From a virus (Duplodnaviria; Caudoviricetes), in IMG/VR virus record IMGVR_UViG_3300013738_000005, positions 1 to 28,013 of that record: a stretch of 28,013 nt of DNA; one strand, written 5' to 3'. Both the position numbers and the translations under genes were made by a program. The notes beneath the pieces were generated by a model. That model was not told where the DNA came from and ran no database searches. It saw only the letters and a program-made list of their open reading frames with translations. Positions 1-8,076 of the stretch are shown here, in pieces; position 1 is the stretch's first letter; the number at the start of each line of letters is the position of its first letter.

Positions 1-468
1 ATGAGCGAGATCGACCACGGGATACATCTGACGCTGCGAGAGGTGCAAGGCACCGACACGGAGCTGCTGCAGCTTTCCGCGCTGCTGACAACGATGGACG
101 ACGAAGCGCCGCTGGCACTGGCAACGATGCGCGAGCGCTTTGCTGCCATGCGCCGCTATCCCGACTACCGCTGCTATCTGGTGACTGATGCCGACGACGT
201 GCCGCTTGGCACGTTCAGTCTGCTGGTCTTCCCGGTCATGGTGCACGACGGGCGCCCGGAAGCGATCCTCGAAGCCGTAGTCGTCGCGCCGTCCGCGCGG
301 GGCCGTGGCATTGGCAAGCGGATGATGCTGGAAGCGATGCGCCTGGCGCGCGAGGCTGGCGCGGCGAAGCTTGCCCTGTCATCGAATGCGCGGCGTCTGC
401 AGGCGCATCAGTTCTATCGGCAACTCGGGTTCACCGAGCACGGGATCAGTTTTAGTACGGCGCTTTGA
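1..468 (+). CDS. GNAT family N-acetyltransferase (host gene flanking the element)
   Basis: 155 aa with acetyl-CoA-binding motif A (VVVAPSARGRGIGKRMM) and C-terminal AHQFYRQLGF; lies outside the proposed element end. Confidence 0.9.
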   Translation: MSEIDHGIHLTLREVQGTDTELLQLSALLTTMDDEAPLALATMRERFAAMRRYPDYRCYLVTDADDVPLGTFSLLVFPVMVHDGRPEAILEAVVVAPSARGRGIGKRMMLEAMRLAREAGAAKLALSSNARRLQAHQFYRQLGFTEHGISFSTAL

Positions 469-494
469 GAATTGAGTGCTAGCAGGGGGCGTTC

Positions 495-537
495 TGAAGC
501 GCGCCGCAATAAATCCCTCCCCTGAAGCGCGATAAAT
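495..537. repeat. Putative transposable-phage end: terminal TG plus repeated transposase-binding-like motifs
   Basis: TGAAGCGCG at 495 and 523; CGCAATAAAT (505-514) and CGCGATAAAT (528-537) 23 bp apart; lies between the last phage gene and the host gene. The Mu R end also begins TGAAGCG. Confidence 0.6.
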
Positions 538-550
538 GGTCTCCGCGCGA

Positions 551-589
551 GCTTACAGCAGCCAAAAGCGAATTGCGGCTACTGTAAGC
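551..589 (-). terminator. 13-bp stem-loop just downstream of dcm (possible terminator or transcript 3' hairpin)
   Basis: GCTTACAGCAGCC-N13-GGCTACTGTAAGC; pairs fully on the minus transcript with one G-U; no clear U-tract follows. Confidence 0.4.
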
Positions 590-593
590 CCCC

Positions 594-1445
594 TTACATC
601 GCAGTCATCAAATGCCGGCCGATCCATTCTGCGATTTGCGGGACGACGGCGTTTCCGGCAGCCTGAGCCTCTGCAAAGTTGGCCGCATCCAGTCCTTTGC
701 AAAGCCCATCACGCTCAAGCGTTCGGGCCCGCTCAACCATCGCACGCCGGCCGTTTTGGGCAAACACGAGGCTTGAACCGCTGACCGGGATCTGTCCGGG
801 TGCCCGGCCAGCACAAAGGGTAGGATAAGCCCATCGCCCAAGGTCAATCTCGGCTTGTGCCGCTGGCGTCTGGCCAGGAACGTGGACCACTGGTCCGGCG
901 TCAGCCAGCAGCTCGAATGGGGGATGTTGTCCCAGACCAGCGACCATGAAAACCCTGCGGCGCTTCGTGGGGATTCCGAAATATGAAGCATCAAGCACCC
1001 TCCAGATTCCCACATACCCGCATTCGGCAAGGGTTGCGATGACAGTCTGGAAGTCCTGGCCATCGCCGCAAGACAGGAGCCCCGTGACATTCTCAAGCAC
1101 CACCCACTGGGGCCGTAGCTCCGTGAGGATGCGGGCGACCTCGTAGAACAGGCCGCTGCGCTCCCCCGCGAGGCCGCGCTGGCGGCCCATGACGCTGAGG
1201 TCCTGGCAGGGGAAGCCGCCGACGATGACGTCGACGGGCCGCAGGTTGTGGGCCCCGCATTCGCGGACGTCTTCGTATTGCTCCGCGTTCGGGAAGCGGT
1301 CGGCAAGGACCGCGCGGCAGACGGGGTTGATCTCGACCTGCCAGGCGGTGCGGAAGCCGGCGCGCTCGAAGCCAATGTCGAATCCGCCGATGCCGGCAAA
1401 GAGACTGCCGATGGAGGGGTGGTTCTGGTCACCATACATTTGCAT
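594..1445 (-). CDS. dcm: DNA (cytosine-5)-methyltransferase
   Basis: Motif I SLFAGIGG, motif IV GGFPCQD, motif VI ENV, motif VIII-like PTKRRRVF, motif X GNAVVP. Confidence 0.93.
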   Translation of the reverse strand: MQMYGDQNHPSIGSLFAGIGGFDIGFERAGFRTAWQVEINPVCRAVLADRFPNAEQYEDVRECGAHNLRPVDVIVGGFPCQDLSVMGRQRGLAGERSGLFYEVARILTELRPQWVVLENVTGLLSCGDGQDFQTVIATLAECGYVGIWRVLDASYFGIPTKRRRVFMVAGLGQHPPFELLADAGPVVHVPGQTPAAQAEIDLGRWAYPTLCAGRAPGQIPVSGSSLVFAQNGRRAMVERARTLERDGLCKGLDAANFAEAQAAGNAVVPQIAEWIGRHLMTAM

Positions 1446-1449
1446 CCTG

Positions 1450-1496
1450 GTTGTCAGGCGCTCGACGGCGTGCTGATGGGGGACTCCGGGCCCTCA
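1450..1496 (-). repeat. Degenerate copy of the com 3' region (second com remnant or regulatory element) upstream of dcm
   Basis: Ungapped 34/47 nt identity to 2403-2449 by manual alignment; translates LRARSPPSARRRAP versus Com LRAERPKPAGHRAS. Confidence 0.55.
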
Positions 1497-1530
1497 ATCG
1501 CACGGCGGCCGGATTGCCACCGCTGGATTG

Positions 1531-2321
1531 CTAGAACAGACCGACCGGCTCCCGCAAGCGGACCCAACTGTAGATGATCACTTCCTTGCGCGGGGCGGAC
1601 TTGCCGCCGCCGGCCACGGTGTAGTTGATATCGACTGTTTCCATGGCAAAGCTGCCGAAGCAGCGCCGGATGTCGGGATGGTCGTTCAGGCTGACGATCG
1701 CCTTGCCTTTGAGCCTGGCCAATCTGCTGGCCATGTCCTCGTACTGCTCGAATCCGAAGTCAACGCCATAGCCCTCGGTCTGCCAGTACGGCGGGTCCAT
1801 GTAAAAGAGGGTATGGGGCCGGTCGTAGCGGTCCAGGCAGTTTTGCCAGGTCAGGTTTTCGATGTAGGCGTTGGCCAGGCGCAGATGGGCTGCACTCAGG
1901 TTCTCCTCGATGCGCAACAGATTGACCGGCGGCGCAGTCGTGGCCGTGCCGTAGGTCTGGCCATCCACTCGGCCGCCGAACGCGTTGTGCTGCAGTAGAA
2001 GAAGCGCGCAGCGCGCTGGATGTCGGTCAGCGTCTGGGTGGGCGTGTCCTGCAGCCACTTGAAGACCTGGCGGCTGGACAGCGCCCACTTGAACTGGCGC
2101 ACAAACTCCTCCAGATGATGCTGGACAACGCGGTACAGGTTGACCAGATCTCCGTTGATGTCATTGAACACCTCGACCTCGGCAGGCGGACGCAGGAAGA
2201 ACAGCGCTGCACCGCCGGCGAACGGCTCGACATAGCAGGAATGCGCAGGAAAGCGCGGGAGCAGCGCATCGGCCAGGCGGCGCTTGCCACCGATCCACGG
2301 GATGATCGGTCGGGCAATCAT
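1531..2321 (-). pseudogene. dam: DNA adenine methyltransferase (D12/Dam family), split by a 1-bp deletion near 1995
   Basis: N-half PWIGGKRRLA...YVEPFAGG...RAARFFY in one frame; C-half LQHNAFGG...FYMDPPY in another; TAC CTG reads TACTG. Confidence 0.9.
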
Positions 2322-2357
2322 TGCAGACCGCCCTTGTGTTGCCAGCCTGCGCGCGAG

Positions 2358-2549
2358 TTAGCCGCGGCCGAATTCTCTTGAGGTTGTACTGACACTCTCT
2401 TCGTTGGAAGAGGCTCGATGGCCTGCTGGTTTGGGGCGCTCGGCCCTCAGATCATTGATTACCCGGCAGCGCGGACATTTGATGGTCAGGCGCAGATATT
2501 CGCCCACGCCCAGCTTCCGGTTGCAGTTGCCACAGCGGATTTCACGCAT
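2358..2549 (-). CDS. com: Mu Com-family zinc-ribbon translational regulator
   Basis: IRCGNCNRKL...IKCPRC (two CxxC pairs) directly upstream of a DNA-modification gene, as in Mu com-mom. Confidence 0.85.
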   Translation of the reverse strand: MREIRCGNCNRKLGVGEYLRLTIKCPRCRVINDLRAERPKPAGHRASSNEESVSTTSREFGRG

Positions 2550-2564
2550 CGCAATTCCCTTTCG

Positions 2565-2686
2565 GCAGGTGTAAACCTGCTACCATGCCGCTGCCTGTAC
2601 AGGTGGCGCGGCCCTGGCCAAGCTCGCAGGGATCTCTGCGGGTGCGGGGCGCAGCCGGTGCTAGTAACACCAGCTGCGGCGCCGCG
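2565..2686 (-). ncRNA. Candidate structured RNA leader of the com-dam-dcm operon
   Basis: Nested inverted repeats: 2651-2677 (10-bp stem), 2625-2640, closing stem 2607-2612/2681-2686, and 2565-2580 next to the com RBS. Confidence 0.4.
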
Positions 2687-2715
2687 TTCTTCACGGTGTG
2701 TTCACTGCCGCATCG

Positions 2716-3081
2716 TCACGCCTTGCCATAGTTTCCACGCCCGAACAGCCGTACGGCCCAGTACATCACGCTTCTGGTAAAGCGCGGCACCCCAAGCACC
2801 GCCATCGCTTCAAGGAATACGCCATCCGCGTACTCCCGCGTGACTTCGGCATTCTCGTAGAGGTAGTCATGGATGATGGCGGCCTTGGCCCATCGTCCAT
2901 GCGGCGGGAAAATGGCCCACAGCACTCGTGGCACACTGGCCAGATCCGTCATCGTTCCGGCTGGCACACGAATGACCGCTTCGCTGGGATAGTCACCCAC
3001 GTGGTATTCGAAAGGCGACAGCAGCTCCCAGCGATATTGATCCAGCATGCGCAGTTCGGCGGGCGTCGTGAATGTGGACAT
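2716..3081 (-). CDS. DUF1353 family phage protein
   Basis: Start MSTFTTP; motifs VPAGTMTDLASVPR, AAIIHDYLY, ADGVFLEAM, MYWAVRLFG. Confidence 0.8.
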   Translation of the reverse strand: MSTFTTPAELRMLDQYRWELLSPFEYHVGDYPSEAVIRVPAGTMTDLASVPRVLWAIFPPHGRWAKAAIIHDYLYENAEVTREYADGVFLEAMAVLGVPRFTRSVMYWAVRLFGRGNYGKA

Positions 3082-3097
3082 CGCCGCTACGTCTGCA

Positions 3098-3721
3098 CTA
3101 TGCCGGCAATTGCGCGATGGCCTGTTCGGCTGCCGAGCGCTGCGCATCCAATGCCGCTGCGATATCCGCCTCGGTTGAGGCGGCGCGTACCGCCGTGCGG
3201 GCAATGTCACGCAGCCGTTCCGCAATGCCAACCACCGTTGCATAGGCTGCGGCGTTTGCCAGTACCAGGTTGGTCCAGTCCAGCCTCGACGTTATCGTCT
3301 CCATCCCTGCACTGGCCAGGAACGCCTGGCCAGCGGCACTTACGGGGATCTCGCCGACGATGGCATTGGCGACTTCAAGCTTGAGCGACCACGTGTCCTT
3401 CTCGGCCTGCGTCGGGTTGCCAACCAGACGTTGCAGTGCGTCGGCGTGAAACTGGTCGATGGCCTGTAGTGCGTGTGCCCGGGCAGCATCCAGTAGCGAC
3501 GCTTGCCTGGCGGGATCGAGCGTCCAGGCTTCGCCGTCCCAGGCGAGTGCCGGGTTGAACGGCAAGGGCTCGCCGCCTTCGGCAACGAATATCTGGAATT
3601 CCTTCCACGTCTCGTTGTATGGATCGACGGGAATGTTCTCGCCACGACAGTAGACGCCAGGCATCTGGATGCCCTGCACGGTGGGCATGGTCATGTAGGG
3701 ATTGGTGTTCATGTCAGTCAT
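3098..3721 (-). CDS. Tail fibre assembly/chaperone-like protein
   Basis: Coupled (ATGA overlap) to the tail fibre gene; IPVDPYNETWKEF motif typical of fibre-associated proteins. Confidence 0.6.
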   Translation of the reverse strand: MTDMNTNPYMTMPTVQGIQMPGVYCRGENIPVDPYNETWKEFQIFVAEGGEPLPFNPALAWDGEAWTLDPARQASLLDAARAHALQAIDQFHADALQRLVGNPTQAEKDTWSLKLEVANAIVGEIPVSAAGQAFLASAGMETITSRLDWTNLVLANAAAYATVVGIAERLRDIARTAVRAASTEADIAAALDAQRSAAEQAIAQLPA

Positions 3722-5085
3722 GCGATACGGTTTGCATAGAACGCAAAGTTGCCCCGGTGGTCTGCGTAGTTCGTGAGCAGCCCCGCTGAATTGGTGTTGC
3801 CATTAAAGGAAGCACTGCATCTAATCGTTGCGCTTGGCGATGACACACGTAGCAGGAACGGTGGCCAATTGTAGGAATGCGGCGCGTTGTAAGGCTGATT
3901 GGTGAAGCCACTATGGCCGCCGCCAGCGACAAACTCCGTCCTGATATGGAAGTAGTATGAGTCGCCACCAGGCGTCACTCCCAAGTGGCAGTAATAGGGA
4001 GTGACCAGATAGACGCCACGCACCACATTGATGTTTGGGCTATAGAGCGTCTGCGCAGTGCCTGCGTTCAGTGTTGTGTAGAAGTCATGGCGACCGAGAT
4101 CGATGTTGGCCGCGCCTGTTCCACCTACTAGCCAGGTTGTGTCGCTGTACTTCACCAGCGTGACTTCCGTTCCGCTTGCTACCCCGAACACCTTCGCGGT
4201 ATTACTCGCGTCAACCGCACTCATGTATCGATCTTCGGTCTGCCGTTGAACGAGTATCAGCGGATGACCAGAGAGGTTCTGAATCCTCATGCTGGCGCCG
4301 TTCGGCAACTCGGACATCACAGGCGGCGTCCAGACCTGAGTACTTTCGCTGGCGCCAGCAACAATGACTCGCCCGATGTCGTCGGACGTGAGCACTACGC
4401 CAGACACAGCCGAATACCAGGCCACGCCGTTGAAACTGCCCAGCGCCTGCCGCATGGCCTCCGTGGTCGCCAGCCGGGTGCTGCTGTCGAAGCGCTCGGG
4501 CGTCGGCGCAGCCGGCGCACCCGTAAAGCCGGGAGATGCGAGCGGCGCGTAATGTTCCGCGCAGAACTTCTGGTAGTCATGCAGCGAGGCGTTCTGCCCC
4601 TCGGTGGCCGCCGCTACCTTGCCATCCACATACTGCCGGGTTGCCAGGACAACAGCCGGGTCAACTTTCAGAGTGACGGCGCTTGCGTTCGTCACCTCAA
4701 GAACCATGCGGATGTAAAGCTGCTTATTGGAGCCGCCCGCCATGAGCGGCTTGTAGCTTTCGGGGTACTTGCCCACGGCGATGACGTCACCATCGGCGTC
4801 GATGGCGGCAACCTCGCGGACATACCATCCACCGGCATCATCCGGGATCACCAGTTCGGCAACGACCCAGTTCGGGTTGTCCGGAACGGGCGTCAGATCA
4901 TTGATCGGGCCGCGCCAAACTTCGTGGCACAGCGCGCGCTGCTCAGGGTCGGGTTCGCAATAGGCCCCGTCGCGGCCGTCGCCAACGGCCATGGCCACCA
5001 GTTCAAGCGATGCGCGGTTTGAGATCGCCCGCGCAACTTTCGCGCGGCCAACCTCGGTCAGAATCGTGTAAAACTCATTTGCCAT
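3718..5085 (-). CDS. Tail fibre protein (P2 gpH-like N-terminus, variable C-terminal receptor-binding region)
   Basis: FYTILTEVG...MAVGDG...GGWYVRE...PESYKP...VDPAVVLATRQYVD, then APLASPGFTGAPAAPTP. Confidence 0.92.
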   Translation of the reverse strand: MANEFYTILTEVGRAKVARAISNRASLELVAMAVGDGRDGAYCEPDPEQRALCHEVWRGPINDLTPVPDNPNWVVAELVIPDDAGGWYVREVAAIDADGDVIAVGKYPESYKPLMAGGSNKQLYIRMVLEVTNASAVTLKVDPAVVLATRQYVDGKVAAATEGQNASLHDYQKFCAEHYAPLASPGFTGAPAAPTPERFDSSTRLATTEAMRQALGSFNGVAWYSAVSGVVLTSDDIGRVIVAGASESTQVWTPPVMSELPNGASMRIQNLSGHPLILVQRQTEDRYMSAVDASNTAKVFGVASGTEVTLVKYSDTTWLVGGTGAANIDLGRHDFYTTLNAGTAQTLYSPNINVVRGVYLVTPYYCHLGVTPGGDSYYFHIRTEFVAGGGHSGFTNQPYNAPHSYNWPPFLLRVSSPSATIRCSASFNGNTNSAGLLTNYADHRGNFAFYANRIA

Positions 5086-5097
5086 AAGAGGCTCCTT

Positions 5098-5868
5098 TCA
5101 TGCAGTGCGCGGATACACGGAAACGGTCTCGACGCTCCAGTGGCCCGCGCCTACGCCTGGGACCGGGCTGGCCTGTTCAAGCCCGGCAACGTGATACGGA
5201 AACACCGATACGGTCTCGATGCTCCAGTGACCCGCGGCTATGCCTGGCACCGGGCTGGCCTGTTCGAGCCCGGCAACGTGGTACGGATACACAGTGATGA
5301 CTTCACCGGCCAGCAGCGCCGCTGCAACTACCGGGACCGGCGAGCGCGCGGTAAGCGTCAGCGACAGTCCGTCCAGGCGCGAGCGCTTGTTCTTGTATTG
5401 CAGGATCAGTGCTTCCAGCCGCTGGTATTCGATCTGGCTGAGACCACGGCCCGACACGTCGACGTCGACCTTGAAGCGATAGGGCTGGCCACCGTAGTCG
5501 AACCACTCGGACACAACCCCCTGCAGGTTCAGCGTCACCAGAACCTGCTCGATCGCCCACGGCGTGCCCTTGTAGCGATGCAGTTCGATCGCGCGCCGAA
5601 TCAGGTCTCGCCGTTCGCGCTCAGTCTGCGCAAACTCCCAGCCTTCCAGGCCCATGACGTGGAATTGGCCGGCCAGATGCGGCAGCACGTTGGCCGGAAC
5701 CATGTCGACCAGGTACACCAGCAAGGCCGACAGGTCGATCGCGCCAAACCGTTCATCAACCAGCTCGGCCAGAAGACGAAACCGCTCATCGGCGGCAAGA
5801 ACCGGCGTTAATGGAGTTAATGGCGTCAATGGTGTCTGCGGGCCGGACTGCGCGTGCGCATCACTCAT
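5098..5868 (-). CDS. Baseplate/tail protein I (P2 gpI-like)
   Basis: LPHLAGQFHV...RRAIELHRYKGTPWAI...EWFDYGGQPYRF; sits between gpJ and the fibre. Confidence 0.9.
   Translation of the reverse strand: MSDAHAQSGPQTPLTPLTPLTPVLAADERFRLLAELVDERFGAIDLSALLVYLVDMVPANVLPHLAGQFHVMGLEGWEFAQTERERRDLIRRAIELHRYKGTPWAIEQVLVTLNLQGVVSEWFDYGGQPYRFKVDVDVSGRGLSQIEYQRLEALILQYKNKRSRLDGLSLTLTARSPVPVVAAALLAGEVITVYPYHVAGLEQASPVPGIAAGHWSIETVSVFPYHVAGLEQASPVPGVGAGHWSVETVSVYPRTA
5110..5292. repeat. 87-bp (29-aa) in-frame tandem duplication at the C-terminus of gpI
   Basis: VYPYHVAGLEQASPVPGIAAGHWSIETVS / VFPYHVAGLEQASPVPGVGAGHWSVETVS / VYP. Confidence 0.95.
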
Positions 5869-6979
5869 CGTGAATCCCCAGCACCTTCAACTCGATGCCG
5901 TCGCAGGCGGCCCACTCGTGCCGCGCCAGCACCCGGTCCGCAAAGGCTTCGTCGAGCACCACGTCGTACACGCCTGGCACATGCAAGGCAGCGTTCAATT
6001 GCCCCCGCACCAGATCGCGGCCAAGCCTGGCGCGCCGCTCCCGCGCATAGCGCTGCGCGGCAGCCAGCGCGTTGGCCAGCACGCTGGCCTCATCGAACCC
6101 GCGCAGCAGCATCAGTCCAGCAGAGATGCGATAGCGCACCGCATGCGGGGCTCTCGCGCGGAACTTGTCCGTGAGCGGGCGGCGCTTGCGGTGGCTGACC
6201 TGGGCCTCGACCAGCGCCAGCAGCTCGTCGCTGGGTACGCCGCCGGCCGTGAGCGGATAAGCCTCGACGTGGCCATCGGGCAAACCGTCCTCCGGGCCCA
6301 GCACCGCCACGTCGATGATGTCCTGGTGAACCGCGCGCACACGCACCTCGTACGCTTCTCCGGGACCGGCCACGCTGTAGCCCTCTGGGGCCAGCCGGAT
6401 ACGCTCCCGCAGCGGCTCGTCTTCCTCTTCCTCGGCGCCGCCGGCCGATGGCGTAACGTTAATGACGCTGACGGGCGTGTCCAGCGGTTCAAGAAGCTGG
6501 CTGATCCTCTCTGGTGCGAAGCCATTGCCGATGGCGCCCGGGGTTTCGCAGTACGCAATGACGTCGATCGATGTCTCGCCCGCAGGCAGTGTCGCGTCGG
6601 CCTCGGTGGCAAAGATCGCCGCGCCGTCATCGCATTCGACGCGCGTCTCCGCCGGAATCGGCATGGCCCTGGCCTGTGCCGATTCGACGGCAAAGCGCAG
6701 CGTGGTTCGCGCTGGCTGCGCCGGCAGGCGCGTGACACCTACAAGTTCGCCCAGGTAGTCCAGAACGGGCTTCTGTGCAAATGCCACCAGGTTCTGTTTC
6801 GCGGCGGCCTGAACGCCTGCGCGCACCAGCGTTTCGCGATAGGCGATCAGGTCGACGAACAGGCGCTCGACCTGGGCCGGATACAGCGTCTTGCCCGAGC
6901 GCTGCTCGTAGCGCGCGATGATCTCGGCGGTAATGGCGTCCGGGTCGCGGTCAATAAAATGCGGCTCTGGCAGACTCAT
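5861..6979 (-). CDS. Baseplate J/gp47 family protein
   Basis: LYPAQVERLF...LDYLGELVGV...LRERIRLAPEGYSVAGP...RPLTD. Confidence 0.93.
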   Translation of the reverse strand: MSLPEPHFIDRDPDAITAEIIARYEQRSGKTLYPAQVERLFVDLIAYRETLVRAGVQAAAKQNLVAFAQKPVLDYLGELVGVTRLPAQPARTTLRFAVESAQARAMPIPAETRVECDDGAAIFATEADATLPAGETSIDVIAYCETPGAIGNGFAPERISQLLEPLDTPVSVINVTPSAGGAEEEEDEPLRERIRLAPEGYSVAGPGEAYEVRVRAVHQDIIDVAVLGPEDGLPDGHVEAYPLTAGGVPSDELLALVEAQVSHRKRRPLTDKFRARAPHAVRYRISAGLMLLRGFDEASVLANALAAAQRYARERRARLGRDLVRGQLNAALHVPGVYDVVLDEAFADRVLARHEWAACDGIELKVLGIHDE

Positions 6980-7368
6980 GATGCGGCTCCGGTGGTGGTT
7001 GGGCGTTCGAAGACCACTTCAGTCAACTGCGGCACGCCATTGGCCACGTGCCACAGCACGCGCACGGCGATGTGCTCGGCGTCGATGCCGATATTGACCT
7101 TGCGAAGATTTATGCGGGGCTCCCAGCGGCGAATGGCCTCAACGGCCTCGCGCACCAGATAGGGCGTGACGCGGTTGACGGGCCAGTCCAGATACTGGAA
7201 CCCCCGCCAGCCGAACTCCGGACGGTGCCGGTCGGTGCCGTGGGGCGTGCCCAGAATGATGCGGATGGATTGATCGATATCCTGCAGGGCTTCGACGACG
7301 TCGCCCGCCACACCCAGGCGTGGCTGCCAGTGCATCGTGCGGATATCGGAGAGCGGGCGGAAGTTCAT
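6976..7368 (-). CDS. Baseplate wedge protein GPW/gp25 family
   Basis: DIDQSIRIILGTPHG...RPEFG...AIRRWEPRI. Confidence 0.92.
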   Translation of the reverse strand: MNFRPLSDIRTMHWQPRLGVAGDVVEALQDIDQSIRIILGTPHGTDRHRPEFGWRGFQYLDWPVNRVTPYLVREAVEAIRRWEPRINLRKVNIGIDAEHIAVRVLWHVANGVPQLTEVVFERPTTTGAAS

Positions 7369-7374
7369 GTCCCG

Positions 7375-7416
7375 ATGATCGGGCCGCGCGGCTCTCCTGG
7401 CTTTTAACGGGCTTTA
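7375..7416 (-). promoter_or_regulatory. Putative activator-dependent late promoter (baseplate-fibre operon)
   Basis: TAAAGCCCGTTAAAAG-N20-GATCAT; -10 hexamer only 6 nt before the gpW ATG. Confidence 0.7.
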
Positions 7417-7433
7417 ACGCTGAATGGCACCGT

Positions 7434-8075
7434 TCAATGACTATGGTGGTTGGAGTTGCCGCCGCCATCCATCACGGTGCCGCCCGCATCGATGTCGCCG
7501 TCGACGCGGACGTTGCCCTTGACGGAGATGTTCCCCCGGATCGACGCGGTATTGCCATCGCCGCCGTCGCTACTGCCGCGTATGTCCATGCCACCCGCGA
7601 CGATCAGCGTCTTGCGCACGGTCGCGTTGCCGGTGATGTCGATGTCCGGGGCATCCAGCGTTATCGTGCTCCCGGCCTTCACGTGCGCCGTGTCGGCCGC
7701 GAACACTTCCACCGGGCCCGAGCAATGCAGGCAGAACCGGCTTGTCTTGCGATCAAGGCTCACCACCGTTCCGTCGGAAAAGCGCACGTATTCGGTATCG
7801 GCATCGGTGATGGGTGGTGGCTCGGCGCTCGAGTAGATTGCCCCCAGGTAGACGCCGTCCACCCCATTCGCCGCCAGCATCACAGCCACGTGGCCGTTCA
7901 GGTCCGGCAGGCTGCGGTGCTTGTTGTCATGCGTATTGCGCTGGGGCACATGCAGCCAGTGCGTCTGCAATCCGTCGCGGTCATCCAGCCGCACGCGAAT
8001 CCGGCAGGTGGCGGCGTCCACCGCAGAGACCGTGCCGAACATTAGCCCGGCCTGATTGTGTTCATCGACCAGCAA
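7434..8075 (-). CDS. Baseplate assembly protein V (central spike)
   Basis: FGTVSAVD...RVRLDDRDGLQTHWL...FSDGTVV; C-terminal NSNHHSH metal-binding tip; TTG start uncertain. Confidence 0.92.
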   Translation of the reverse strand: MLVDEHNQAGLMFGTVSAVDAATCRIRVRLDDRDGLQTHWLHVPQRNTHDNKHRSLPDLNGHVAVMLAANGVDGVYLGAIYSSAEPPPITDADTEYVRFSDGTVVSLDRKTSRFCLHCSGPVEVFAADTAHVKAGSTITLDAPDIDITGNATVRKTLIVAGGMDIRGSSDGGDGNTASIRGNISVKGNVRVDGDIDAGGTVMDGGGNSNHHSH

Positions 8076-8076
8076 T

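Noticed and set aside
1985-2005. Programmed frameshift or phase variation in dam
   Set aside because: No slippery heptamer or long repeat at the break; a simple 1-bp deletion or sequencing error explains it.
594-2321. Restriction-modification system
   Set aside because: No endonuclease gene; these are orphan methylases at the phage mom position behind com.
5110-5292. Diversity-generating retroelement TR/VR pair
   Set aside because: The copies are adjacent and in-frame, the differences are not adenine-specific, and there is no reverse transcriptase.
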